A stretch of DNA of 48,604 nucleotides. Origin: an uncultured Candidatus Saccharibacteria bacterium (GTDB taxonomy: Bacteria > Patescibacteriota > Dojkabacteria > SC72). Location of the stretch: contig CAZGKK010000001.1 in assembly GCA_964526165.1 (NCBI GenBank), forward strand, positions 1-48,604, read 5' to 3'. Numbering within the stretch: position 1 is the first letter of the stretch; every line of letters begins with the position of its first letter. The translations under genes and the position numbers were made by a program. This document shows positions 1 to 8,821 of the stretch, in pieces. The notes beneath the pieces are model-generated. The model was not told the DNA's origin and did no database searches. It saw only the letters and a list, made by a program, of their open reading frames with translations.

Positions 1-190
1 GCATAGGACTATCTGTAACCCAAGATACTGTAAATGCACTATCGGTTACATTCGTAACTCTTACCTTGTATGGTCTAAACTTTACACCTCTATATACAGT
101 CCACCCTAGAAAACCTAACAGAAACAGCCCTGTTAAAACAAGAATACCCTTTGAAAGCATTCTTAATATCTTTGTTTTTTGCAAATTCAT
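1..190 (-). CDS. Partial CDS (N-terminus only, continues past window start): membrane-anchored protein with FN3-like beginning
   Basis: Not in the ORF track because it runs off the window. Minus-strand ATG at 188-190, open to position 1: MNLQKTKILRMLSKGILVLTGLFLLGFLGWTVYRGVKFRPYKVRVTNVTDSAFTVSWVTDSPM. One hydrophobic helix, then a VTNVTDSxFTVSW pattern typical of fibronectin-III-type beta-sandwich starts. Confidence 0.5.
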   Translation of the reverse strand, partial: MNLQKTKILRMLSKGILVLTGLFLLGFLGWTVYRGVKFRPYKVRVTNVTDSAFTVSWVTDSPM

Positions 191-207
191 ATACCGAAAG
201 GTAAGGT

Positions 208-223
208 TATATATATATATATA
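208..223. repeat. (TA)8 dinucleotide microsatellite in a divergent intergenic region
   Basis: Read directly: tatatatatatatata at 208-223, 18 nt upstream of the minus-strand ATG at 188-190. Confidence 0.9.
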
Positions 224-330
224 AAACAAAATATCTCAATATATGTCAAGGATTCCAACCTTTAATGAATTCTTAACACTTGAATTCTAGAATATAGATA
301 AAATTGAAATATTGAAAAAAATACTCTCCT

Positions 331-645
331 ATGTTAAACTTATGTTCAACATATATGAAAATAAATAAATATACAAAAATAAATCTAAGAGATTTCAGAC
401 ATAATCTTACACAGCTTAAAGATTCCATGGTGGAAGGTGAAGTTTATCGTGTTTACGAGAAAGGTACTCCTCTTGCATATATCATTCCAGAAGGATATGA
501 CATTGATTTAGATATTGAGCAAGAAAAAAGGGCAAAAGCTTTCAAAGATTCCCTCTCAATGCCAACTGGGAGGATAGAAAGACCAAGTAATTTTGAAGCA
601 GACAGAGAAATCAAAAAAATAATTCTAGAAAAATACAAGAAATGA
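331..645 (+). CDS. Phd/YefM-like type II antitoxin (start may be the ATG at 355)
   Basis: Small ORF overlapping the downstream PIN gene by 4 nt (ATGA at 642-645). INLRDFRHNLTQLKDSMVEGEVYRVYEKGTPLAYIIP resembles the N-terminal fold pattern of Phd/YefM antitoxins, followed by an acidic/charged tail. Confidence 0.6.
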   Translation: MLNLCSTYMKINKYTKINLRDFRHNLTQLKDSMVEGEVYRVYEKGTPLAYIIPEGYDIDLDIEQEKRAKAFKDSLSMPTGRIERPSNFEADREIKKIILEKYKK

Positions 646-1061
646 AAAAAGTATTTCTTGATACAAACATATTAATTGATCTTGTAGATAATAAAGATTT
701 AGATATTACAGGAATAGATAAGATATTTGATCAATCTCCCTATCCTAGAATATACATATCAGCACTATCCGTTCCTCTTACTTTTTATGCCTGCAAAATA
801 AAGATTGGAAGTCTAAAATATATGAAACTAAAAAAGATACTAGATTCTATGGACATACTTCCTCTTACAGATAATATAATATTTAATGCCTTGGAATATT
901 CAAACACACCTGACTATGAAGATACCCTTCAATACTTAACAGCAATAGAAAGCGATTGTAACTACATTCTGACAAGAGACAAGAAAGATTTCTCAAAAAT
1001 CCAAAAAATTATTCCTTCAAAAACACAAATGATTTACCACATTTCCCAAATGAACCAATAG
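642..1061 (+). CDS. vapC: PIN-domain toxin (VapC-like ribonuclease)
   Basis: 139 aa. N-terminal MKKVFLDTNILIDL with the conserved acidic Asp, and a C-terminal LTRDKKDF pattern. Translationally coupled to the upstream small antitoxin ORF. Confidence 0.75.
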   Translation: MKKVFLDTNILIDLVDNKDLDITGIDKIFDQSPYPRIYISALSVPLTFYACKIKIGSLKYMKLKKILDSMDILPLTDNIIFNALEYSNTPDYEDTLQYLTAIESDCNYILTRDKKDFSKIQKIIPSKTQMIYHISQMNQ

Positions 1062-1077
1062 TAGGATATAATTAGAT

Positions 1078-1815
1078 ATGCAAAAATTCTTTATCAAGCA
1101 CAAACTTTCAGTAGATGACATCACTCACCTTCCGGATTCGGATAGCCGAAATATAATTGAGAAGGGGGAGCTTGGTATTGAAGACTACATAGAAATAGAA
1201 ACATACGAAAGAAAATTCCTTGCTCAGATTACAGATATACATACAAATTCTATTGAGATTCATATTCAAGAAGATTTAGGAGAAAGAGAATCTGACTTTG
1301 TTCCAAGCATTACAATCATTCAATCTTTAAGTAATGATTCCAAATTTAACTATTTCATCGAAAAGAGTGTAGAGATTGGTATTGAGAAGATAATACCAAT
1401 TGAATCAAAATATTCTCTTAAAAGTAAAAACAAAGCAATAAGAGATACAGGTTTTTGGAATAAACTTGTTAGAGATGCAACCGAACAATCAAGAAACATT
1501 TTTCCAACAATCATTGAAAGACCAATATATCTTAAAGAAATTAGTAAATACAAATTTGAAAAAAATTCGATAAAAATATGTCTTGCAACTGAGGTAGATT
1601 CATCAAAACACCTAGACGAATATATACAAAACAAAAACCTTAAAGTCCCAATATATATTGCAATTGGACCTGAAAAAGGATGGGATATTACAGATATTGA
1701 TATTTTTCAAAAAAATAAATTTGATTTTGTAAGATTAAGAGGAAATATTCTTCGTACAGAAACAACTGGGTTAGTAATTGGGAGTATTTTAAAATTTTTG
1801 AAAGGTGAAATATGA
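1078..1815 (+). CDS. rsmE: 16S rRNA (uracil1498-N3)-methyltransferase RsmE
   Basis: 245 aa. IAIGPEKGW (the IGPEGG-type motif) and a C-terminal LRGNILRTETTGLV, both typical of the RsmE/SPOUT family. Confidence 0.8.
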   Translation: MQKFFIKHKLSVDDITHLPDSDSRNIIEKGELGIEDYIEIETYERKFLAQITDIHTNSIEIHIQEDLGERESDFVPSITIIQSLSNDSKFNYFIEKSVEIGIEKIIPIESKYSLKSKNKAIRDTGFWNKLVRDATEQSRNIFPTIIERPIYLKEISKYKFEKNSIKICLATEVDSSKHLDEYIQNKNLKVPIYIAIGPEKGWDITDIDIFQKNKFDFVRLRGNILRTETTGLVIGSILKFLKGEI

Positions 1816-2843
1816 AGAAAAGAAAAAGAACAAGTTACAAAGGAAGAAGAGAAGCTTTCACTAACAGACCTGTAAAAGACAGATTCTATACAAAAGAAGA
1901 TGTTTTTGTATCAAGAATGGCAAGCATTCTAATGGTTCCCAAAGGAAAGATTCCTGGGATATTTTCTCAAAGACCAATTACAACTATTCGATTAAATTCT
2001 CTTAAAGGTGATTTAGAAGAAACAAAAATGGAATTGCTGGGAAAGGGGTATGATTTACAAGAAATACCCTGGTCTAAAGATACATATTTTGTAATGAATA
2101 AGGATAAGGCAGAAATATCACAAACAGAGATGTATACAGAAGGGAAATACTACATTCAAAATCTTTCGAGCATTTTAGCAACTTTGGTACTAGACCCAAA
2201 AGAAAAAGAGACTATTTTAGACCTTTGTGCAGCTCCTGGAAGTAAAACAACTCATATAGCCGATGTAACAAGAAACAAGGCGACTGTTATTGCAAACGAT
2301 ATTGATATGGGAAGAATTTCAGATCTACAAAGCGTTGTTGATCAATTTGGTGCTAAAGTAAAAGTAACACTAAGTGATGGGAAAGATTTTGGGAAGAAAT
2401 ACCCTGTATATTTTGACAAAGTATTACTTGATGCCCCCTGTAGTGGTGAAGGCTTAATATATTTCAGAAATGGAGACCCTCTTCGATTTTGGAGTATGGA
2501 TAAAGTTAAAAGAAGTATGTTTGAACAGAAAGAATTGATTGAGTCTGCTTTTAAATCTTTAAAGCATGGGAAATATATGGTCTACTCTACTTGTACTTTA
2601 GAACCTGAAGAGAATGAGGGTGTTTTAACACATCTTTTGAAAACATTTCCAAATGCGAAGATTGAAAAAGTTAAAATAAAAGATGAAATTCTTAAAAGTA
2701 TGCCAGTATTGAGACATTCTCTAACATCCGGAATTACAAAATGGAGTGGCAACCTTTATGACAAACAAGTTAGAAATGCAATTAGAGTTATCCCTAATAA
2801 AATGATGATGGGTTTCTTCATAGCAAAGATTTCAAAGGAATAA
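1812..2843 (+). CDS. NOL1/NOP2/Sun-family RNA cytosine-C5 methyltransferase (RsmB/RsmF-like)
   Basis: 343 aa. SAM motif LDLCAAPGSKTTHIA, catalytic DAPCSGEG and YSTCTLEPEENE motifs. 4-nt overlap with rsmE. Confidence 0.85.
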   Translation: MKKRKRTSYKGRREAFTNRPVKDRFYTKEDVFVSRMASILMVPKGKIPGIFSQRPITTIRLNSLKGDLEETKMELLGKGYDLQEIPWSKDTYFVMNKDKAEISQTEMYTEGKYYIQNLSSILATLVLDPKEKETILDLCAAPGSKTTHIADVTRNKATVIANDIDMGRISDLQSVVDQFGAKVKVTLSDGKDFGKKYPVYFDKVLLDAPCSGEGLIYFRNGDPLRFWSMDKVKRSMFEQKELIESAFKSLKHGKYMVYSTCTLEPEENEGVLTHLLKTFPNAKIEKVKIKDEILKSMPVLRHSLTSGITKWSGNLYDKQVRNAIRVIPNKMMMGFFIAKISKE

Positions 2844-2887
2844 CGAATATTCATTAGATTGCCTTCTGCACTGGTAGATAGAACAAA

Positions 2888-2916
2888 GCAGACCTAATTG
2901 TTTAAATTAGATCTGC
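2888..2916. terminator. Hairpin between convergent genes (likely pnp terminator, possibly bidirectional)
   Basis: GCAGACCTAATT (2888-2899) pairs with AATTAGATCTGC (2905-2916): 12 bp with 1 mismatch and a 5-nt loop. On the minus strand it is followed by TTTGTTCT and lies 19 nt after the pnp stop. Confidence 0.6.
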
Positions 2917-2934
2917 CTTCGCTTAAAGAGTAAA

Positions 2935-5013
2935 TTACTTTACCCCTTTGATGCTTAACTTTATTTTTCCCTGCGGGTCGATGCCTACTATCTTTACTTT
3001 GATGATATCGCCCTCGTTAACAAACTTCCTAACATCTTTTACAAATTCATCTGCCATTTCAGAAACATGGAGTAAACCTGCAACATTTGGGGCAATGTCT
3101 ACAAAGGCTCCATAAGGCATAATTGATGCAACTTTTCCTTCATAAATTTCGCCCATAACTGGAACGAAGTTGTACCCGCCTATTGCTTTTGCTGCAAGAT
3201 CAATAGCCTCTTTTGATGAACTATATATATTTACAGTCCCATCTTCTTCTATTTCAATCTCTGCTCCTGTTCTCTCAGAAAGCTCTCTTATATTTTTTCC
3301 TCCTGGACCAATTATTTCACCAATCTTGTCTACAGGGACTTTTATCTGAACAACTCTAGGTGCATATTGAGACATTTCTTCTCTTGGTTGAGCAATTGCT
3401 TCTTTAATTTTTGCAATTACTAATTTTCTTGCGTCCTTGGACTGTGCAAATGTTTGTTTTACTATCTCCATACTCAAACCCTTTGTCTTTGTATCCATCT
3501 GAACTGCTGTAACTCCACTATCTGTTCCGGTAATTTTGAAATCCATATCTCCATAGAAATCTTCAACTCCTTGCATATCTGTAAGAACTTTAAATTCACC
3601 ATTCTCTCCTGTCACTAATCCACAAGCTATTCCTCCAACAACATCCTTAATTGGGACCCCAGAGGCCATCAAAGCCATAGAAGAACCACATGCGGAAGCC
3701 ATTGAGCTAGAACCATTTTCTCCTTGAATCTCACTCATTAAAAGCATTGTATATGGGAAATCAGCTTCTGAAGGAATTACTGGCCAAAGAGCTTTCTCAG
3801 CCAACATACCGTGACCTATTGCTCTCCTACTTGGCATTAATTTGACTCTATCTACATCTCCATATGCAAATGGTAAATCATTATAAAAATGCATGTATCT
3901 TTGCTCTCTTTCACCTTCCATGTCGTCAACTAGCCGAACATCTCTCATACTTCCTAATGTTGCGATTGTGAGAACCTGGGTTACTCCTCTGGTAAACAAA
4001 GCAGATCCATGAACTCTTGGAAGCAAATCAACTTCAGTTGCCATTTCTCTAACCTCTGTGATACCTCTTCCATCAACTCTCTTATTCTCTTCTAATACAA
4101 TCTTTCTGAGCATTTTCTTTTGAAGTTTCTCGTATGCCTCACTTATTGCTGCTTTAGAATGTTTTCCTTCTAATTTTGTAAACAACTCTTCCCTGCTAGC
4201 TTCGTGAAGTTTTGGGTCCCCTGATTCCAAATTCTTTCTTGTAGTTTCAGCTCCTAACAATTCTTCAACAGCAGCAACAACATCCTCTGCTAAACCAGCA
4301 GAAACATATGCCTTCTCCTTTGCCTCAAGCAATTTAACAAACTCCTCTTGTGGTTTAATCCAATCCTTCATCATACCTAAGGATTTCTCCATAGCTTCAA
4401 GTATTTTTTCCTCCAAAACTATATGTGCTCCAGCGTCAATCATTGTAAATACCTCACCATCTCCGGCGACAACAAAGTTCATCCTCTCTTCTTCTGAAGT
4501 CAAATCCATAGCTTTAAGTAAAGAGACAACTTCGTCTTCTTTTAGACCTACTCTAACAGCACCTATTGGTCCTTCAAAAGGAGCAAATGAATTCATCAAA
4601 GCAACAGAAGTTGCATTAATTGCCAAAATTGCAGGGTCATTCTCACCATCGTAAGACATTACTGTTACAATGACACTAACTTCATCTCTGTAGTCATGTG
4701 GAAATCTTGGTCTAATTGCCCTATCTATCATCCTCGCTTTCAAAATAGCATCATCACTTGGGAATCTTTCTCTTTTAACAAATCTAGATCCATTTATTTT
4801 CCCTGATGCATAGAATTTTTCAATATATTCAACTGAAAGAGGAAAATAGTCACTATCTCCTTCTGATTTCTTTGTATTAACATTCACAGTTATTACTGTA
4901 TCTCCCATTCTTGCGAGAATTGAAGATTGAGATTTCAATGCAAGTTTTCCCGTTTCAAAGGAACACTTCCTACCATCTATCTCAAATTCGTGTTTAATTT
5001 CTTTAAACAACAT
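2935..5013 (-). CDS. pnp: Polyribonucleotide nucleotidyltransferase (PNPase)
   Basis: 692 aa. Duplicated RNase PH-like core, KH (GPGGKNIRELSERTGAEI) and S1 (GEIYEGKVASIMPYGAFVD) C-terminal domains. Sits directly downstream of rpsO, the canonical pairing. Confidence 0.95.
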   Translation of the reverse strand: MLFKEIKHEFEIDGRKCSFETGKLALKSQSSILARMGDTVITVNVNTKKSEGDSDYFPLSVEYIEKFYASGKINGSRFVKRERFPSDDAILKARMIDRAIRPRFPHDYRDEVSVIVTVMSYDGENDPAILAINATSVALMNSFAPFEGPIGAVRVGLKEDEVVSLLKAMDLTSEEERMNFVVAGDGEVFTMIDAGAHIVLEEKILEAMEKSLGMMKDWIKPQEEFVKLLEAKEKAYVSAGLAEDVVAAVEELLGAETTRKNLESGDPKLHEASREELFTKLEGKHSKAAISEAYEKLQKKMLRKIVLEENKRVDGRGITEVREMATEVDLLPRVHGSALFTRGVTQVLTIATLGSMRDVRLVDDMEGEREQRYMHFYNDLPFAYGDVDRVKLMPSRRAIGHGMLAEKALWPVIPSEADFPYTMLLMSEIQGENGSSSMASACGSSMALMASGVPIKDVVGGIACGLVTGENGEFKVLTDMQGVEDFYGDMDFKITGTDSGVTAVQMDTKTKGLSMEIVKQTFAQSKDARKLVIAKIKEAIAQPREEMSQYAPRVVQIKVPVDKIGEIIGPGGKNIRELSERTGAEIEIEEDGTVNIYSSSKEAIDLAAKAIGGYNFVPVMGEIYEGKVASIMPYGAFVDIAPNVAGLLHVSEMADEFVKDVRKFVNEGDIIKVKIVGIDPQGKIKLSIKGVK

Positions 5014-5111
5014 TATTTTATTTATTTAATTTAGTTACAAAAATTTTTAGCCAAAAAAGGCTAATGTATTTTAATGGGAAAGTTATTACAAAGGAAGAGG
5101 TAAAGAAAAAG

Positions 5112-5375
5112 CTATATTTTAAGCTTCTTCGCTAAGGTCGTATACCTTTCCTCTTCATTATCTTTTAGATACTGAAGCAATCTCCTTCTTTTTCCAACCA
5201 TTTGGAGTAAACCTCTTCTAGAATGATTATCTTTTTTATGAAGTTTTAAGTGCTCACTTAACTCTTGAATCTGTTTGCTTAACAATGCTACCTGAACTTC
5301 AGGGGAACCCGTATCACCTTCGTGAAGGGCAAACTTCTTAACAATTTGTGCTTTTTCTTCTGTATTTAGTGCCAT
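5112..5375 (-). CDS. rpsO: 30S ribosomal protein S15
   Basis: 87 aa. [17 protein letters not shown] and [29 protein letters not shown] are S15 hallmarks. Confidence 0.95.
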   Translation of the reverse strand: MALNTEEKAQIVKKFALHEGDTGSPEVQVALLSKQIQELSEHLKLHKKDNHSRRGLLQMVGKRRRLLQYLKDNEEERYTTLAKKLKI

Positions 5376-5476
5376 ATATTAACACGTTATCATTATATAA
5401 AAATAATTACAAGGGATTCTCCTGTCCGTGCATTGAATATTTTACAATACCTATAGGTCTTCTGTCAATAAGAAAC

Positions 5477-6901
5477 TTACAATATTGGCTTGTCTTCATC
5501 AGCTTCAGAGTGACTTTCAACTTTCTTCTTTCCAAAAAATTCAATCGCTGATCTTAACTCCTCTTTGTCTTTTGCATATTCTTCAAGAGGAATCTTCTGT
5601 TCCCAAGCTTCATATGACTGTAATACAGCCTTTGCTCCAGCCTTTGTCCCCATTGGATGAGAGTGAACTCCACCACCCATTGTTGTAATGAAATCAACAG
5701 TCCCGACAATATCCAAAAATTTACCTAGCAACACTGGATTCAACCCCCCCGAGATAATTGGGGCCATTTTCTTTACAATTCTCCAATAGCCAATATCTGA
5801 GTAATCTTGCCCTTCAGCTTCCTTCTTAATTGCATCAGCTAAATCTAAATCTTTTTCAGGAATCTCTGACCATATCTGATTAAAGAAGTCTCCTTTTGAA
5901 TACAATCGCAATGCGTGATTTACCGCCATGACATCCTCCTTTGGAGAACCCGCCATTTTACCTACTCCAGCAGTTCCTGTATGAATTCCAGATGCACCCG
6001 CCAACCTTGCAAATTTAGTTAATACTGGGACATTAAAACCAAAAGGGGCTTCATCTCTAGTAAAGGCTCCGTGTCCTGCCCTGTGGAAGTGTAAAAATAC
6101 TTCAGGATAGTGCCTTCTAATTGTTTGTACCGCTGTCCAGCCAGATGTTATACCATCAACTAAAAAAGCATAACTTCCGGGTTTCATATTGGATTTGATA
6201 TGCTCTGCCCTCTTTAACATCGTATCGTAATCTGCGGAGGATATATTAAAAGAGTGAACTTTTGTTTTTCCAGTTTCTTGCTCCACCCTATCCATTGCCA
6301 TTCTTACATCTACAACCATTTTTTCAAATGGGCAGAAGTCTTGATCTGCTTGTGGCTCATCATTCTTAACAAAGTCACCGCCACCAGACCAAAAATCGTA
6401 ACAAAGTTCTGCATATTCAGGAGATGTTAGACCTATTTTTGGTTTAATAATGGTACCTAGTACAGGTCTTTTCCCAATATTTAGATATTTTCTCATGTCA
6501 TCAATTGTGTAGTTTGGTCCGTCGTAATGAACGAGCATTTGTGGAGGAAAATAGACATCAAGGAGTTTGCAAATTTTTACATCACTCATACCAAGAACAT
6601 TGCCAACTAAAAAAGTTAGGATATTTTGTACATTCCCTCCGGAATCAAATATTCTCCAAGGATATGCTATCCAAGCCAAATTTTGAGTTTCATCGATTCG
6701 GTATACTACCGCGTTTAAGCTTTCTGAAAAAGGTGTGGAGGTCCCAATTTTTACATTTGAACCAGTTGAAGACTCAGCTGCAACTTCACTTGCGACATCT
6801 TCCAAAGAGACACCCTCATTACCTTTGATTCGAAAAACAGCTAAGAGATATTGTCCATTAAAAACATTGGGATTACCAATCTGAATATATTGTTTTTGCA
6901 T
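5477..6901 (-). CDS. rbcL: RuBisCO large subunit, form II/III- or III-like (no small subunit)
   Basis: 474 aa. Active-site motifs are all present: IIKPKIGL, GGDFVKNDE (carbamylated Lys and Mg ligands), HFHRAGHG, GIHTGT and MGGGVHSHP. No rbcS, PRK or carboxysome genes are nearby. Confidence 0.9.
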   Translation of the reverse strand: MQKQYIQIGNPNVFNGQYLLAVFRIKGNEGVSLEDVASEVAAESSTGSNVKIGTSTPFSESLNAVVYRIDETQNLAWIAYPWRIFDSGGNVQNILTFLVGNVLGMSDVKICKLLDVYFPPQMLVHYDGPNYTIDDMRKYLNIGKRPVLGTIIKPKIGLTSPEYAELCYDFWSGGGDFVKNDEPQADQDFCPFEKMVVDVRMAMDRVEQETGKTKVHSFNISSADYDTMLKRAEHIKSNMKPGSYAFLVDGITSGWTAVQTIRRHYPEVFLHFHRAGHGAFTRDEAPFGFNVPVLTKFARLAGASGIHTGTAGVGKMAGSPKEDVMAVNHALRLYSKGDFFNQIWSEIPEKDLDLADAIKKEAEGQDYSDIGYWRIVKKMAPIISGGLNPVLLGKFLDIVGTVDFITTMGGGVHSHPMGTKAGAKAVLQSYEAWEQKIPLEEYAKDKEELRSAIEFFGKKKVESHSEADEDKPIL

Positions 6902-6948
6902 ATTTTTGGCAGTTTAATTTTATCTATTAAGAATACAGCATCTAAAGT

Positions 6949-6968
6949 ACCAGGTCCATACCTCTTCC
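6949..6968. repeat. Inverted partial copy of the 7.1-kb repeat core, 47-67 nt upstream of the rbcL start
   Basis: Plus strand ACCAGGTCCATACCTCTTCC (6949-6968) is an imperfect reverse complement of GAGGTGAGGTTTGAACCTGGT (7127-7147 and 7221-7241). Confidence 0.8.
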
Positions 6969-7086
6969 TTGTAAATAAAGATTTAACAATTCCAAACCGT
7001 TGCCCAGTACAAAGTTTTTTCAAGTTCAAGCCACTGCCTTATCTAACAATTCTTCCTCAGAAAAACGCTTCGGTCAAGGGAGTCGC

Positions 7087-7242
7087 ATTAGAATGCAATT
7101 TTCTACATATTAACAGATGATGAACTGAGGTGAGGTTTGAACCTGGTCCTTTAGAAGAAAGGCGAGGTCTAGGAAGTTGTATTAGAATGCAATTTCCAAC
7201 ATATTAACAGATGATGAACTGAGGTGAGGTTTGAACCTGGTC
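7087..7242. repeat. Two direct copies of a 62-nt element (7087-7148, 7181-7242) separated by a 32-nt spacer, in the infB-rbcL intergenic region
   Basis: Read directly. attagaatgcaattTTCTACatattaacagatgatgaactgaggtgaggtttgaacctggtc versus the same sequence with TCCAAC: 2 mismatches in 62, period 94 nt. The second copy ends 1 nt before the infB stop codon. The spacer contains the hairpin CCTTT-agaag-AAAGG (7148-7162). Confidence 0.9.
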
Positions 7243-7243
7243 T

Positions 7244-8800
7244 CTATTGAACTCTCTTGTAGCAGTAAATTCCATCTCCCTCTTTTGCTTCTATTTGGTC
7301 GAGCAACTGAATCCCACACTCAAAACCATTTTTAACCTCATTAACCTGATCCTTGTTAATTCGAATACTCTTAATCTTACTCTCTCCAACAATCTCATCA
7401 TTTCTAACAATATATACCTTGCAATCCCTTTTAAGAATTCCTTTCTCTACCTTGCTACCATATATCGTAGTACCATCAGAAAGTGTAAAAATGGCTTTAA
7501 TTAGTGCATTACCAATCTCTTCTTCTGATTCTGAAGGCAAAGACATAGCTACAAGAGCTTCTTTAATTTCTTCAAAAATCTTGTAAATGATATCATAGTT
7601 CTTCACCAACACTCTGTTTTTCTTAGCATAATCGGCAACACCCGCTTCAGTCGGAACCTCAAAACCCAAAACAATTGCCTTCGAAAGCATAGCAAACTCA
7701 ACATCCTTTAAGGTAATGCTACCTACTCCGGAATCTAAAATTTTAACAGTATACTCATCTTCAACTATCTTATTTAAAGTGTTCTTAATTGCTTCAAGAG
7801 AACCCTCTGAAGAACTTTTAACAATAACATTCAATGTTCCACCTTCATCTTCTTTCTTTTCAGTACCTGCGAAAAAATCTTCTATACTTAACTCACCAAT
7901 TTCTTCAACTTCTTTATCAGTTTTCTCAAACACCTGCTCCAAAATTTTCTTATCATTTTTTTCTAAAATGTAGCCCTCAGTTCCTAACTCTAACAAATTT
8001 GAGAGTCCAATTATTTTCCCGCCACATCCACATTCAAGAAGACAGAGATTTCCACCATCCTCAGTTATTAAACCTTTAATTTTTTCAATATATAATTTCT
8101 CGTCAAGTTTGTAACCAAACCAATTCCCCTGACACAAGGAGCCTTGGACTAAAACAGTTGAGGAGATATTACCTTTAAAATTGTCTTTTACAGATTCAAG
8201 AATAAAAATTTTTCCTAAAATACCTTTTGGTAATTCAATATCTTTTCTCAATCCTTCAACTTCAGCGACTAAAAGAATCAAATCTAAAAGTTCATTTATT
8301 CCAGAACCTGTTCTTCCTGACACTTCAATTACAGGAATATTTCCACCAAGCCCCTCAAGCTGCAATCCATTATTTACAATGTCTCTCTTCACCTTTTCTA
8401 AATCAATGTTTGGAAGGTCGGTTTTGTTGATGACAACAATGGGCTTGACTGTGGATTTCTTAATAATTTCTATTGATTCTTTTGTTTGAGGTTGAACCCC
8501 ATCGTTTGCAGCAACAATTAGTAATACAATGTCAGCAATTGAGCCACCCCTTGATCTCATTAAATCAAAAGCTTCATGTCCTGGAGTGTCAACAAATGTA
8601 ATTGATTGATTCTTAGCGGATAATTGAACTGTAAAAACTGACACTTTCTGAGTAATACCACCAGCTTCTGAACTTTGCACATCAGCTTCTCGTATCCTAT
8701 CTAGAATAGTTGTTTTCCCATGGTCAACATGGCCAAGTATCGTGACGACAGGTGTCCTTGCCTTACATTCTTTAGTTGTACTTTTAGTACTTTTGACCAT
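7244..8800 (-). CDS. infB: Translation initiation factor IF-2 (compact form)
   Basis: 518 aa. The G domain starts at about residue 17 ([24 protein letters not shown]). Immediately downstream of nusA. Confidence 0.95.
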   Translation of the reverse strand: MVKSTKSTTKECKARTPVVTILGHVDHGKTTILDRIREADVQSSEAGGITQKVSVFTVQLSAKNQSITFVDTPGHEAFDLMRSRGGSIADIVLLIVAANDGVQPQTKESIEIIKKSTVKPIVVINKTDLPNIDLEKVKRDIVNNGLQLEGLGGNIPVIEVSGRTGSGINELLDLILLVAEVEGLRKDIELPKGILGKIFILESVKDNFKGNISSTVLVQGSLCQGNWFGYKLDEKLYIEKIKGLITEDGGNLCLLECGCGGKIIGLSNLLELGTEGYILEKNDKKILEQVFEKTDKEVEEIGELSIEDFFAGTEKKEDEGGTLNVIVKSSSEGSLEAIKNTLNKIVEDEYTVKILDSGVGSITLKDVEFAMLSKAIVLGFEVPTEAGVADYAKKNRVLVKNYDIIYKIFEEIKEALVAMSLPSESEEEIGNALIKAIFTLSDGTTIYGSKVEKGILKRDCKVYIVRNDEIVGESKIKSIRINKDQVNEVKNGFECGIQLLDQIEAKEGDGIYCYKRVQ

Positions 8801-8821
8801 TTAACTAATATTTTCTCAAAA

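Noticed and set aside
5047-5064. TTAGCC-aaaaaa-GGCTAA hairpin between rpsO and pnp, considered as a terminator/attenuator or RNase III-type processing site.
   Set aside because: Only a 6-bp AT-rich stem with no U-tract on the minus strand; too weak to call from sequence alone.
6841-7120. ORFs 6841-7029 (-) and 6851-7120 (+) in the infB-rbcL spacer.
   Set aside because: Low-complexity, hydrophobic, AT-driven translations that overlap the rbcL start. No motif or RBS/promoter logic; treated as non-coding.
7121-7148. GGTTCAAACC (minus strand), resembling a tRNA T-arm/T-loop, inside each 62-nt repeat; considered as tRNA 3' fragments or an att site.
   Set aside because: The flanks cannot form a 5-bp T-stem (CCAGG versus CTCAC) or an acceptor stem. 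No cloverleaf or CCA context exists on either strand, and no integrase is nearby.
7079-7217. Both repeat copies read on the plus strand as ...LECNF(L/Q)HINR followed by TGATGA; considered as tandem small-peptide (RiPP-like) genes.
   Set aside because: The second copy has an in-frame TAG three codons upstream of the peptide and no start codon. The two copies are in different frames (94-nt period). The first copy is only the tail of an 89-aa ORF that runs antisense across the rbcL start.
7087-7242. Repeat-32 nt spacer-repeat layout, considered as a tiny CRISPR array.
   Set aside because: There are only two copies. The repeat is 62 nt, far longer than CRISPR repeats. The copies differ internally, and no cas genes are in the window.
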